A stretch of DNA of 64,000 nt from the IMG/VR virus record IMGVR_UViG_3300045971_000437, positions 6,515-70,514 of that record; one strand, written 5' to 3'. A model generated the notes under the pieces. The model did not search any database, was not told the origin of the DNA, and saw only the letters and a list, made by a program, of their open reading frames with translations. Positions 46,113 through 54,709 of this stretch are shown here, in pieces. The stretch comes from a virus. The position numbers were made by a program, and so were the translations under genes. Numbering within the stretch: position 1 is the first letter of the stretch; each line of letters opens with the position of its first letter.

Positions 46113-47293
46113 AATCTATGTTCGCGATGCTCTAATATTGAATTAATGGCATCACATACAGCAATATAACTTCTCTTATTATATGCATTCAAACCAGTCT
46201 GATTAACATTATGTCGTCCTTCTCTGGAATCTTTAATAGCTACTTCCATCTTGTAAACGATGTCATTTACATTTGTTGGGTCTGCATAATATCTTGATGA
46301 GACCCAATCGATTTCTTTCGATACAACAACTGGTACACCAACTGAAACTGCATCTGCAGATACAATATTGAATGTTTCGCTGAAACTTACTTGCAACGAT
46401 ATATCCATCTTATCCATGAGCTGAATAAATTCTACGTGTGGCATCCATTCATGTTCAATTAAAGTTGCATGCTGAGAATTTTTAAACACGGCTCTAATAT
46501 TCTTAATTGAAGGATTTCCACCATCGCCCTCAACTCGACCAGAGTTAATGTGGAAGTAAACATGAATATCATTTTTCTTAGCATAGCGAACTGCTGCTGT
46601 CGCTTGGACTAATTGATTTTTAAGAAGTCTAATAGCACCGAAGCATCCCACATTGATCTCTTTCTTTGGATCTCTGTGATTATGTTCAATGATTTTTGCA
46701 CAATGAATTCCTAAAAAGTGAAGAACATTTCCAAAGAAGCTATGTTCTACCTGTCTGTGCGGTAGTTCTCCAACAAAATTTTCTGCAATATAATAGTTAG
46801 GGAAATACAAGATTTTCTGTTCTACTTTTCTATCTTGCCTATCAGTGTAATTTTCGAGAACGATATCAGTCAAATCCTCTAATGATGATCTGGTGTTAGT
46901 TGCTATGTAAACATTTTTAATGGCTACATATCGGCTAAGCCAGTCTAAAGCGTTACCTTCGCCAGCTAAAAACGGCATGTTACTATGTCCACGAATTAAC
47001 CACTTAACTTTTGGATGAAGTTTGGTAAGTATTTCAAATTTCTCCGGTACAACCCAAACAGCTTCAATTACAACTAGATCAGGCTTAAATGAATTTACTT
47101 CTCTATCAATATCATTATTATCCTTAACTTGAATCAATTTTGATTCACAATGCTTTCCATCTAATCCATGTATCTCAAGCATCTCAGTTATCATGCTTGC
47201 AGAATTATATAGACCGGACGATAGGCCACCTCCGTGACTATATGGACCATTATTGTTATCACGATATTTTAATATAAAAAGTATTTTTTTCAT
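46109..47293 (-). CDS. GT-B fold (GT4-like) glycosyltransferase
   Basis: NVGCFGAIRLLKNQ, QVSFSETFNIVSADAVSVGVPVV (ExFxxxxxE/D motif); start moved to MKKILF, below the late promoter. Confidence 0.8.
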   Translation of the reverse strand: MKKILFILKYRDNNNGPYSHGGGLSSGLYNSASMITEMLEIHGLDGKHCESKLIQVKDNNDIDREVNSFKPDLVVIEAVWVVPEKFEILTKLHPKVKWLIRGHSNMPFLAGEGNALDWLSRYVAIKNVYIATNTRSSLEDLTDIVLENYTDRQDRKVEQKILYFPNYYIAENFVGELPHRQVEHSFFGNVLHFLGIHCAKIIEHNHRDPKKEINVGCFGAIRLLKNQLVQATAAVRYAKKNDIHVYFHINSGRVEGDGGNPSIKNIRAVFKNSQHATLIEHEWMPHVEFIQLMDKMDISLQVSFSETFNIVSADAVSVGVPVVVSKEIDWVSSRYYADPTNVNDIVYKMEVAIKDSREGRHNVNQTGLNAYNKRSYIAVCDAINSILEHREHRL

Positions 47294-47414
47294 TTTACTG
47301 CTCTTCGGGTTGATGATAGTGGATGTGTGTAACGTTTTTATTATAAATCTATTTATACATCTATCTCCGGAGCAAAAATAAACCTGCAAAAAGAGCAGGC
47401 TTATCAGTGTTTAT

Positions 47415-48080
47415 TTAGGCAGCTTTAATTCCGATTACATGGTATTCTAAACCCAAAGCTTTAGCTAATTTCTTCGCTTTAGATACATGCTTTGCAGTCA
47501 CAGCTCCTTCTAAAGCACCCTTAAACATTTCTAAATCTGAACCATCTTTTGATCCAAATTTATTGCCACGTTTAAAGAATGCTCCAGCAAAAATATCGTC
47601 AATTGCATCTGCAAAATTTTCTTTAGTAGCCTTTAATTTGCCTTCTTTAGCATTTCCAAGTGCATCATATTCAGTTGGAGTTCCATCTGGCTGGGTATGA
47701 TAGTTTGAAGACTTAGAATCAAATCTATCCCAACCACTATTAGCTTCTTTTATATCTGAAGATGAGATTGCAATTTGCCATGGAGTGTCGTGATCTTTCC
47801 CAGTAAAAAGATCTCGTTGAACAACCTTTACTTTCCAACCACCAAAACCAGCTTTTGATAATCTGTTTGCAATTACTTTCGCGGCAGTTTCACTCTGAAG
47901 CGGGGTTGATTCTTGAGTCACCCATTCAACTTCTCTCTTATTTGGAAAAACATCCCAAGATTTAAAACGACTGGCATCTGGAAGAAACTTCTCAGATCCT
48001 CTAACTACTGCTTCAATTGCTTTAGTTTCAGCCTTGATGTCAACAGCTTCATTTATTTGAATTAATTCTTTTAATAACAT
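47415..48080 (-). CDS. Putative internal head protein
   Basis: MLLKELIQINEA leader (start moved to 48080). Confidence 0.55.
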   Translation of the reverse strand: MLLKELIQINEAVDIKAETKAIEAVVRGSEKFLPDASRFKSWDVFPNKREVEWVTQESTPLQSETAAKVIANRLSKAGFGGWKVKVVQRDLFTGKDHDTPWQIAISSSDIKEANSGWDRFDSKSSNYHTQPDGTPTEYDALGNAKEGKLKATKENFADAIDDIFAGAFFKRGNKFGSKDGSDLEMFKGALEGAVTAKHVSKAKKLAKALGLEYHVIGIKAA

Positions 48081-48081
48081 T

Positions 48082-48414
48082 TTAGTCTTCCTTATCCGTG
48101 AAGATTGATTGATCCACATTTACTCCAAAACCACCGGTTAAATCATAGACATTAATATTTTCTACTTTGCTTCCGTGTACATCACAGCTAAATTCTACTG
48201 TTCCTTTTCCATGCTTAGAAGGATTGTCAAGGTTTTCCCAATTGAAAAATCCTTTGTAGTGATTTTGTTCTCTATTATAATTGTCAAGAGATATAAAATC
48301 AAAATCAATTTCTGGAACCAAGTCATTCATATAGCCAGACATTTTATCCATTATAACTTGATGTTGTTTTTCATCAGTAGACTCTTTCAAAGCTAATAAT
48401 TCTTTTAGTAACAT
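48082..48414 (-). CDS. Putative internal head protein
   Basis: MLLKELLALKES leader. Confidence 0.55.
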   Translation of the reverse strand: MLLKELLALKESTDEKQHQVIMDKMSGYMNDLVPEIDFDFISLDNYNREQNHYKGFFNWENLDNPSKHGKGTVEFSCDVHGSKVENINVYDLTGGFGVNVDQSIFTDKED

Positions 48415-48472
48415 TTTAATTTCCTAACCAGGGATTAATTGATAGATCTATTTATACATCCAACTCCGGAGC

Positions 48473-48503
48473 CAAAATAAACCTGCCGAAGCAGGTTTAT
48501 TTT
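48473..48503 (-). terminator. Terminator after the major capsid gene
   Basis: aaaataaacctgc-cgaa-gcaggtttatttt (UUCG loop on the minus strand). Confidence 0.85.
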
Positions 48504-48516
48504 GGAGCTTTTTCGA

Positions 48517-49755
48517 TTAAACGAAAGAAAGATTTGCTACACTTATGCGACCATAATAGTCAGCTGAATTGCCAAGAGATGTTGCGCTAGAGGTAAATGT
48601 TGCTTTACCGTAACGAGTCATCAATGAAACGTGAGGGTTGAACGTATTAGGATCAACAACAACACCAGAAGACATCAATGGTACGTATGGGCAGTAGAAG
48701 TAACCTGAATCCATTTCACCAGAACCACCTTTGTAACCAATCAAGATTGGCTCAGTACCTGCATCGTGGTAGATGTATGTGTAAACTTTGATAGAACCGT
48801 TTAAAGTACCAACAAGTTTAGTGTTGTTTGGACCATCGAAGGAACCAGCAACAGCAGGAGCAAATACTGATTTAGATGCTGACTGCAATACTGATACAAC
48901 TAATGGAGAAACTACGATCCAGTTAGCTGGGCCACGGCGTGTTTTACGTGCGATTTCGTTAGAAATCTTGTTGATAAGAACACCAAGAACTGCATGACGA
49001 TCACCAACATAGTTAGGAACACCAGTGAAGGTACCTGCCATGTCGAAAGAATCAGTAGTACCTGCAAGTGCGATCAAATCATTGATGATTTCATTGTCGA
49101 TTTCAGAAACGATTGCTGAAGATAATGAAGAAGTGATTTCAGCTTCAAGGTCAAGACCATGAGATGCTTTCAAATCTTGCATTGCTTCTGGAGTCCAACG
49201 AGCTTGTAGCTTACGTGAACCAGCAGTAACAGTTTGTTTCAATACTTCAAGTGTTAATGAACGACCACCGAATGCTTCATAGTCAGATGTTGATGCAGCC
49301 ACACCTGTTGAAGTACCTGCAGCTGGACCACCGGAAGGAGCTGGTGCATCAGATGTAGAATAGAAACGTTTAGTCTTCGAATTGTTACCGAAGATTTCAT
49401 CGCCTGTATTGATGTCATCTGCTAAGCCGCCATTTAAAGTACCTGGAAGTGCAGTTGTAACAACGTTATCAGCGAATAAGAAACGCATAGAATACACAAG
49501 ACCTACTGGACCAGACATTGGCTGAACACCTACCAATTCTGTTGCAATAGTTCCAGGGATAATACGTCGAATCATTGGGATTACGATTTTCTGGAAGTTG
49601 CCGATAGCACCTGCAGCATTAGTACCTGCTCCAGCTGTTTCTTTCAAGTGTTGCATTTGGTTTTCTAGTACTGGACCGAGAATACGCTTCTTGTTTTCAG
49701 GCAAACCCTCAAGAAGTGTATCTTTGGTTTCTTGCCAATTTTCAAATAGTTCCAT
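48517..49755 (-). CDS. 23: Major capsid protein (gp23-like)
   Basis: LVGVQPMSGPVG, RKLQARWT.E..QDL...HGLD.E, EIDNEII, YCPYVPL, F.P.V..MTRYG. Confidence 0.95.
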   Translation of the reverse strand: MELFENWQETKDTLLEGLPENKKRILGPVLENQMQHLKETAGAGTNAAGAIGNFQKIVIPMIRRIIPGTIATELVGVQPMSGPVGLVYSMRFLFADNVVTTALPGTLNGGLADDINTGDEIFGNNSKTKRFYSTSDAPAPSGGPAAGTSTGVAASTSDYEAFGGRSLTLEVLKQTVTAGSRKLQARWTPEAMQDLKASHGLDLEAEITSSLSSAIVSEIDNEIINDLIALAGTTDSFDMAGTFTGVPNYVGDRHAVLGVLINKISNEIARKTRRGPANWIVVSPLVVSVLQSASKSVFAPAVAGSFDGPNNTKLVGTLNGSIKVYTYIYHDAGTEPILIGYKGGSGEMDSGYFYCPYVPLMSSGVVVDPNTFNPHVSLMTRYGKATFTSSATSLGNSADYYGRISVANLSFV

Positions 49756-49774
49756 TGAATATCTCCTTGTGGAA

Positions 49775-50656
49775 TTAGTTAGTCATACCAGCAAGTTTTC
49801 TCAAATGAGCAAACTTATCTGATACAGGTGAAGGTTGAACCAATGTTGGTGCATCCCCTGTTAAAACAACCGACTCAGTTAACTGGGCTGGCTTTTCTAC
49901 TGCGATAGCAGCTGGTGCTGAAGCATCTTCTTTCAAAATACGATCGATGAACTGAGCATATGCTTCTTCAAGACGTGCAGTTTTAACTGATTGAAGAACG
50001 AACAACATCTGTTCTTTCTTTTTGCCAGTCAATGGTGCAAGCATTTTTTCTAGTTTAGCTTCACGAACTAAAGTAGCTTGAGATTCCTCTAAAGTACCGA
50101 TAGTCTGTTCTGCATCTTCTAGTTTAGCAATTGCTACAGCCAATTTAGCCTGTACTGAATCTTCATCAGTATGGGACTTATTAAATTCTGTTGCATATGC
50201 TTCGAATATTTTGCGGCCAAACTCATTTTGTTTGACAATTTCTAGGTCTTCGCGAAGTTCTTCGAACTCTTCATTAAGACGTAGCTCAAAGAAAGCGTCC
50301 ATCTTATCGACAAGTTTGTCTAGTTCTTCTGAAAGCGTTGCTGCGATTGAGTGTTTTTCTTCAACGATCTTTTCTGCATATTCTGCTTCGAGGTCGCGGA
50401 AACGTTCAATATCATTTTTAAGTTCTTGAATTTCTTCATCGAGCTTTTTAGATACAAACGATTCAACATTTTCAATCAAAGAATCACGTTCGCTGGTCCA
50501 CTGTTCGGCAATTTCAGCTCGTACTGTCATAGACACTTCTTCGCGAACAATAGTTTTATATTGTTCAACAGAAGCTGTCCACTCGGTAGAAATTGAAGCT
50601 TTTGCTTCTTCACTTAGTAGATCAGAGTTTAGCAATTTCTGAAGGATTTCATCCAT
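49775..50656 (-). CDS. 22: Prohead core scaffold protein (gp22-like)
   Basis: Acidic coiled-coil, FGRKIFEAY, directly upstream of the MCP gene. Confidence 0.85.
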   Translation of the reverse strand: MDEILQKLLNSDLLSEEAKASISTEWTASVEQYKTIVREEVSMTVRAEIAEQWTSERDSLIENVESFVSKKLDEEIQELKNDIERFRDLEAEYAEKIVEEKHSIAATLSEELDKLVDKMDAFFELRLNEEFEELREDLEIVKQNEFGRKIFEAYATEFNKSHTDEDSVQAKLAVAIAKLEDAEQTIGTLEESQATLVREAKLEKMLAPLTGKKKEQMLFVLQSVKTARLEEAYAQFIDRILKEDASAPAAIAVEKPAQLTESVVLTGDAPTLVQPSPVSDKFAHLRKLAGMTN

Positions 50657-50684
50657 GCGTTTCTCCTTTGTTTTAATTGGGAAA

Positions 50685-50716
50685 TTAGAGACTTGAAATA
50701 GCCGCCTCTAACGGCT
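50685..50716 (-). ncRNA. Cis-regulatory RNA motif, copy A (pseudoknot/alternative hairpin)
   Basis: AGCCG-UUAGAG-G-CGGCU-AUUUCAA-GU-CUCUAA; ends 28 nt before the gp22 ATG. Confidence 0.6.
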
Positions 50717-50813
50717 TGAATTTTAACGCATTTGACAAAATAAACTGTACAAACTCGCATTAACCGTACGAATTTATTTATAAGGAAGCGCAAAAATTCA
50801 TTAAAAACTTTAC

Positions 50814-50984
50814 TTATTCGTCATCAGAAGTAATTTCATCATCAGCGGGCGCCTCTTGTGGAGCCAGACCTGCAACATCTTTCATTTTAGCTGAAAGATA
50901 TCCATGCAAATCCATAGATGCTTCTTCCGGTTTATCATTAATAAGATTATTTAGCATATTCTTAAGAGCTTCTCGTTTATCCAT
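50814..50984 (-). CDS. Small acidic prohead core protein, 56 aa (not in ORF track)
   Basis: MDKREALKNMLNNLINDKPEEASMDLHGYLSAKMKDVAGLAPQEAPADDEITSDDE; GAAGGAG RBS; position similar to T4 gp67/68. Confidence 0.75.
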   Translation of the reverse strand: MDKREALKNMLNNLINDKPEEASMDLHGYLSAKMKDVAGLAPQEAPADDEITSDDE

Positions 50985-51012
50985 TATATGTATCTCCTTC
51001 GATTTAAAAAAT

Positions 51013-51040
51013 TTGAGAGACTACCGGCCTCTCAACGGTA
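51013..51040 (-). ncRNA. Cis-regulatory RNA motif, copy B
   Basis: UACCG-UUGAGAG-GC-CGGUA-GU-CUCUCAA; ends 28 nt before the ATG at 50984, just after the late motif GTAAATA. Confidence 0.6.
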
Positions 51041-51050
51041 TATTTACTTA

Positions 51051-51383
51051 TTATTCTTCCTGCTCTTCTGATTCTATTGATGCTTTACCATCTTCAAAAC
51101 CTGCTTCATAAACTTTATTGATAAGATCGGCCAATTCATCACCAGTCTTTCCTTCAACTTTAGCAGCAATTTTTGTTACTATAGATGGAAGTTCTTCCTC
51201 TTCGCCTTCTACTTTTTCTTCATCTGGAGTTTCAGATTCTTCATCATCTTCTTTAACTAATTCTGGAAGACCAGCTAGTTTTCTAAATAAATCCATATCT
51301 TCATTTAATTTAACTGAAGTCTTTTTTACTTTAGCTTTTGTTTCTGATAGTCCAGCTAATTGTCGCAAACGTTGATTATCCAT
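51051..51383 (-). CDS. Acidic prohead core protein
   Basis: Two RQLAGL-type motifs; EGKTGDEL domain shared with the neighbouring gene. Confidence 0.65.
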   Translation of the reverse strand: MDNQRLRQLAGLSETKAKVKKTSVKLNEDMDLFRKLAGLPELVKEDDEESETPDEEKVEGEEEELPSIVTKIAAKVEGKTGDELADLINKVYEAGFEDGKASIESEEQEE

Positions 51384-51838
51384 TATGCTTCTTCCTCTTC
51401 ATTAGGTTGTTCTTCCATAGATGCAGCACCATCTTTAACCGCTTCATCATAAAGATGTTGTATAATTGCAACTAGCTCATCGCCGGTTTTACCTTCTGCA
51501 TCTGCAGCAGCCTTCATAACTGCTTCTGGGAATGCAGGTTTTTCTTCCTCAGCATTATCAGTTGGATCTTCATCCTTCTCATCTACAATTTCTGGTTCCG
51601 GTGTTGCAGGAATTTCTGTTGCTGGTCCAGATGGAGTAACGACTGGCTGGTCTGGCGTCATTGCTGGTGGTCCGCCTGCAGTCGTAGAAGGAATTGCTGG
51701 AAGACCAGCAATTCGTCTAAATTCATCACCCATTGAAACAGTCACTGGACCTGTAGCATGACCAGCTAATGGAGTTAATGCATAATTTTCTCTAACTGTT
51801 GGTAGACCAGCAAGTTGGCGTATTCTATTTTTATTCAT
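51383..51838 (-). CDS. Acidic prohead core protein (paralog of 51051..51383)
   Basis: Two RQLAGL-type motifs; EGKTGDEL domain. Confidence 0.65.
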   Translation of the reverse strand: MNKNRIRQLAGLPTVRENYALTPLAGHATGPVTVSMGDEFRRIAGLPAIPSTTAGGPPAMTPDQPVVTPSGPATEIPATPEPEIVDEKDEDPTDNAEEEKPAFPEAVMKAAADAEGKTGDELVAIIQHLYDEAVKDGAASMEEQPNEEEEA

Positions 51839-51842
51839 AATA

Positions 51843-52424
51843 TTATGATGCCTCTACTAAGTGATCGTACAATGCTTCTAGTGCTTCAATAGCTTCGTCA
51901 AGTTTTTCTTTGACACCCTTAGACATTTCATTTGCTTCTGTACTATAATTAGAATCTGTAACTTTCATGTATTCTATCCATGCATGAGAATCTAATTTAG
52001 CTTGTGCTTGACCTAATAATTTTTCTAATTTATTGAATTCGCTTTCAAATTCAGAAGAGTCCCAAAGATCATCTGAATGACCAAAAGATTCATTTATTGA
52101 TTCTTCTACAGTAATTTCTTCATCTAATGAATATGTAGCAACTTTAACTGATTCAACTATCTTATAGGAGATCATTACCTTCTTAGGAACGAATTTAGAG
52201 AATTGACTCTTCATATCCCATTGATCATTGTTAATTTTAGCATTTGATTCTGCTTTTTTGAAAGCATTATACTTAATTGCTTTGTTTATATCTTGAACTA
52301 AGTCTTGATCATCTGCTGCAAAATAACCCTTAATAGCACCATTGCGATTAACAAGAGCAACAACGTATGTTTCATCTGGAGTTTTACCTTCAGTAAGTGG
52401 TAAAAGTTCTTTTAAAAGATTCAT
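51843..52424 (-). CDS. Putative internal head/core protein
   Basis: MNLLKELLPLTEG leader; multiple [ILV]xES sites. Confidence 0.55.
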   Translation of the reverse strand: MNLLKELLPLTEGKTPDETYVVALVNRNGAIKGYFAADDQDLVQDINKAIKYNAFKKAESNAKINNDQWDMKSQFSKFVPKKVMISYKIVESVKVATYSLDEEITVEESINESFGHSDDLWDSSEFESEFNKLEKLLGQAQAKLDSHAWIEYMKVTDSNYSTEANEMSKGVKEKLDEAIEALEALYDHLVEAS

Positions 52425-52426
52425 AA

Positions 52427-53041
52427 TTATTTTCCAGTTAATGACTTGATAAATTTCTTAACTTCAGCTTCAAAGTATTTTTGAGCTTTAGGATCATGAA
52501 CTACAGCTTCAGCAAGAGTAATAATCTTTGTGTGCTCAAGTGATTCACGAACAACATCTGGATAGCAACCTGGACCTGACGGTTGAGCAACGATATCTAA
52601 AGTAACGAATGCAAAGTCTTCAACTACACCCTCAGAAGTAACGTTACCAGTACCTCGTGAAGATACACCAAGCTTTACACCACCATTAATTAACTGTTGT
52701 ACAATATTTCCAGAAGGTGTATTTAAAATTTTACATTTACCTACCGCATTGTCACCATCCATCCAAGCTTCAGTAATAATGTGAGATACATTTTTAAGAT
52801 CGATTGAAAGATTGTCTGGGTGATTTAATTCACCTAAGATGTATTGCTGTTCTTTAGCTTTTTCAGAAATAAATGCTACTGCACGTTCAATTTCTGATTT
52901 TGGGTAAATTCGCTGATTAAGATTCTTCTGCTCTGCAGTCATAATTCTACCAGCAAGATACAAATTCTTTTCTGCGTCTCGTGATTCCATTAAAGCTGCT
53001 TCTGCTGGATTAAATCTTTCGATTAGTAACTGTTTTTGCAT
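52427..53041 (-). CDS. 21: Prohead protease (gp21-like)
   Basis: NLNQRIYP, LGELNHP, VSHII, GVSSRGTG, D.VAQPS. Confidence 0.95.
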   Translation of the reverse strand: MQKQLLIERFNPAEAALMESRDAEKNLYLAGRIMTAEQKNLNQRIYPKSEIERAVAFISEKAKEQQYILGELNHPDNLSIDLKNVSHIITEAWMDGDNAVGKCKILNTPSGNIVQQLINGGVKLGVSSRGTGNVTSEGVVEDFAFVTLDIVAQPSGPGCYPDVVRESLEHTKIITLAEAVVHDPKAQKYFEAEVKKFIKSLTGK

Positions 53042-53078
53042 CTAATTCTCCTGTTTCATAGATGAGACTATTTATTGC

Positions 53079-53118
53079 GCAAGGGGCAACTATAAACTTA
53101 TTTATAGTTGCCCCTTGC
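53079..53118. repeat. Perfect 18-bp inverted repeat with a 4-nt loop between portal and protease
   Basis: gcaaggggcaactataaa-ctta-tttatagttgccccttgc. Confidence 0.9.
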
Positions 53119-53128
53119 ATTAACTGAC

Positions 53129-54709
53129 TTATTGAGTAGACAGATCAGGTTCCTCTTCTTTAGGAGGTTCTTCATCCGGTACTGGCTCTTCAGGAATTTC
53201 AACTTCTACTTCTTTCCTATTATCGTAAACTGCTGGATCGTAAATCTGTTGAAGTTGATCAACTGCTAATTGATCTTCAATATGTCGCTCTTGTTTAAGG
53301 AGAGCTTCATTCATTTGAATATCATCTTCAGTTAAACCTAAATAACGCTTCATAATGAATCTACGTGATAAGTATTTCACGCCTTCAACAGCATTAAATG
53401 TGTTGATAAGATCGGCATCTAAAGCTGCTTGTTTATAAATTGCAAAATTTTGAGGCTCTGGTAATTTCAATTTAAAAATTTCAGTATCAATATTGATACC
53501 GGTTACTTTTAAGTAGATTTTAAACTGCTCATCAAAAATATTTTCAACTGATGACTGTAAACGTTGAATATAATTCGCAAATCGTTGTTCTTCAACATAA
53601 GCAATACCAACCTTACCATCATTATAAACACCACCACCTGTCTCTTGACCTTTCATATATGAAGTAGGGACACGAAGAGCTCGGAATACCTTGTTCATAA
53701 AGTAATCTAATTCTGGAATTTCCCATGATGCTCCGCCTGGAAGTGTTTCAACTCTTGAACCTCGGCCGGCTGCAGTAGTTGGAAAGAAATAGTCTTCTTG
53801 AATTGATTCTGGATTATAAACTGAATCTGTTTGATTTGCGTTACCCGTATTAGGAGCTCGCTTCTGACGAATATCATTTTTAATCTGTTCGATATGCTGT
53901 TTAACTCGTTGAGGTGGCATATTACCAACGTCAATATAGAACACTCGTCGTTCTGGAGCTCTAACAATCCTATAAATGATTGCTGAATTTTCAAGCATTA
54001 CCAATTTTTGGTAATCGTTAAATGCTGACTGAAGAATAGATAATCCAAATGGTGCTGAGTCTCCCATTTCATTCGACAATGTAAAATGAATTATAGCATT
54101 AACAGGAGAAATTTCAACTGAATCATTTTTACCAGCATTAGAAGTTAATTGGCTGGCAAAACTTGAAGGGCGAATATGATATGCCACGGTCTCACCTTCT
54201 GCATTAACTTCTATTCCTATAACTCTAGTGGGATCAACGTACTCCCATTTTTTAGTATCAGATGTTTTTCTAAAAAAGCAATCACCGTATTTTACTAATG
54301 TTCTAGAAATATTAAACACTTTAGTATTGAGAGAATGGAACGTAGTCCAGTGTCTTAATGCTGAACGAATTGTTGTTGCTGTGGTATCTTCGATATCTTG
54401 ATTTTCTTCAGTTTGATAATCAATAATGAATGGTAAACCTGTTCGTTTATCAGCGGTTGAAATTTCCTCTGCAACAATATCTAGTGCTCTTGATATGTCA
54501 CCACTATCCATACCATCATATTGTTTATAGCGCTGAAGTCTTGCACCGGCACCCTTAAGTAGATTTGAAAACCATGATGTGGAAGAATATGCTGCATGTC
54601 CTGCAGCATTTAAATTTTGACCGTCATCTAGAGTAGCTGTTGGTTTGGCATATGAAGCTTTACGAGTAGCTGGAGTAACTATCCTCCAGTAATTGGTCCA
54701 ATGTGTCAT
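53129..54709 (-). CDS. 20: Portal protein (gp20-like)
   Basis: IYRIVRAPERRVFYIDVGNMP, EDYFFP...GRGSRVETLPGG, ALRVPTS. Confidence 0.95.
   Translation of the reverse strand: MTHWTNYWRIVTPATRKASYAKPTATLDDGQNLNAAGHAAYSSTSWFSNLLKGAGARLQRYKQYDGMDSGDISRALDIVAEEISTADKRTGLPFIIDYQTEENQDIEDTTATTIRSALRHWTTFHSLNTKVFNISRTLVKYGDCFFRKTSDTKKWEYVDPTRVIGIEVNAEGETVAYHIRPSSFASQLTSNAGKNDSVEISPVNAIIHFTLSNEMGDSAPFGLSILQSAFNDYQKLVMLENSAIIYRIVRAPERRVFYIDVGNMPPQRVKQHIEQIKNDIRQKRAPNTGNANQTDSVYNPESIQEDYFFPTTAAGRGSRVETLPGGASWEIPELDYFMNKVFRALRVPTSYMKGQETGGGVYNDGKVGIAYVEEQRFANYIQRLQSSVENIFDEQFKIYLKVTGINIDTEIFKLKLPEPQNFAIYKQAALDADLINTFNAVEGVKYLSRRFIMKRYLGLTEDDIQMNEALLKQERHIEDQLAVDQLQQIYDPAVYDNRKEVEVEIPEEPVPDEEPPKEEEPDLSTQ

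Larger units (their letters stand above)
47347..48486. repeat. Duplicated 41-bp late promoter + terminator-arm module (47347-47387 and 48446-48486)
   Basis: atctatttatacatc-N3-ctccggagc-N-aaaataaacctgc, 38 of 41 identical by manual alignment. Confidence 0.85.
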
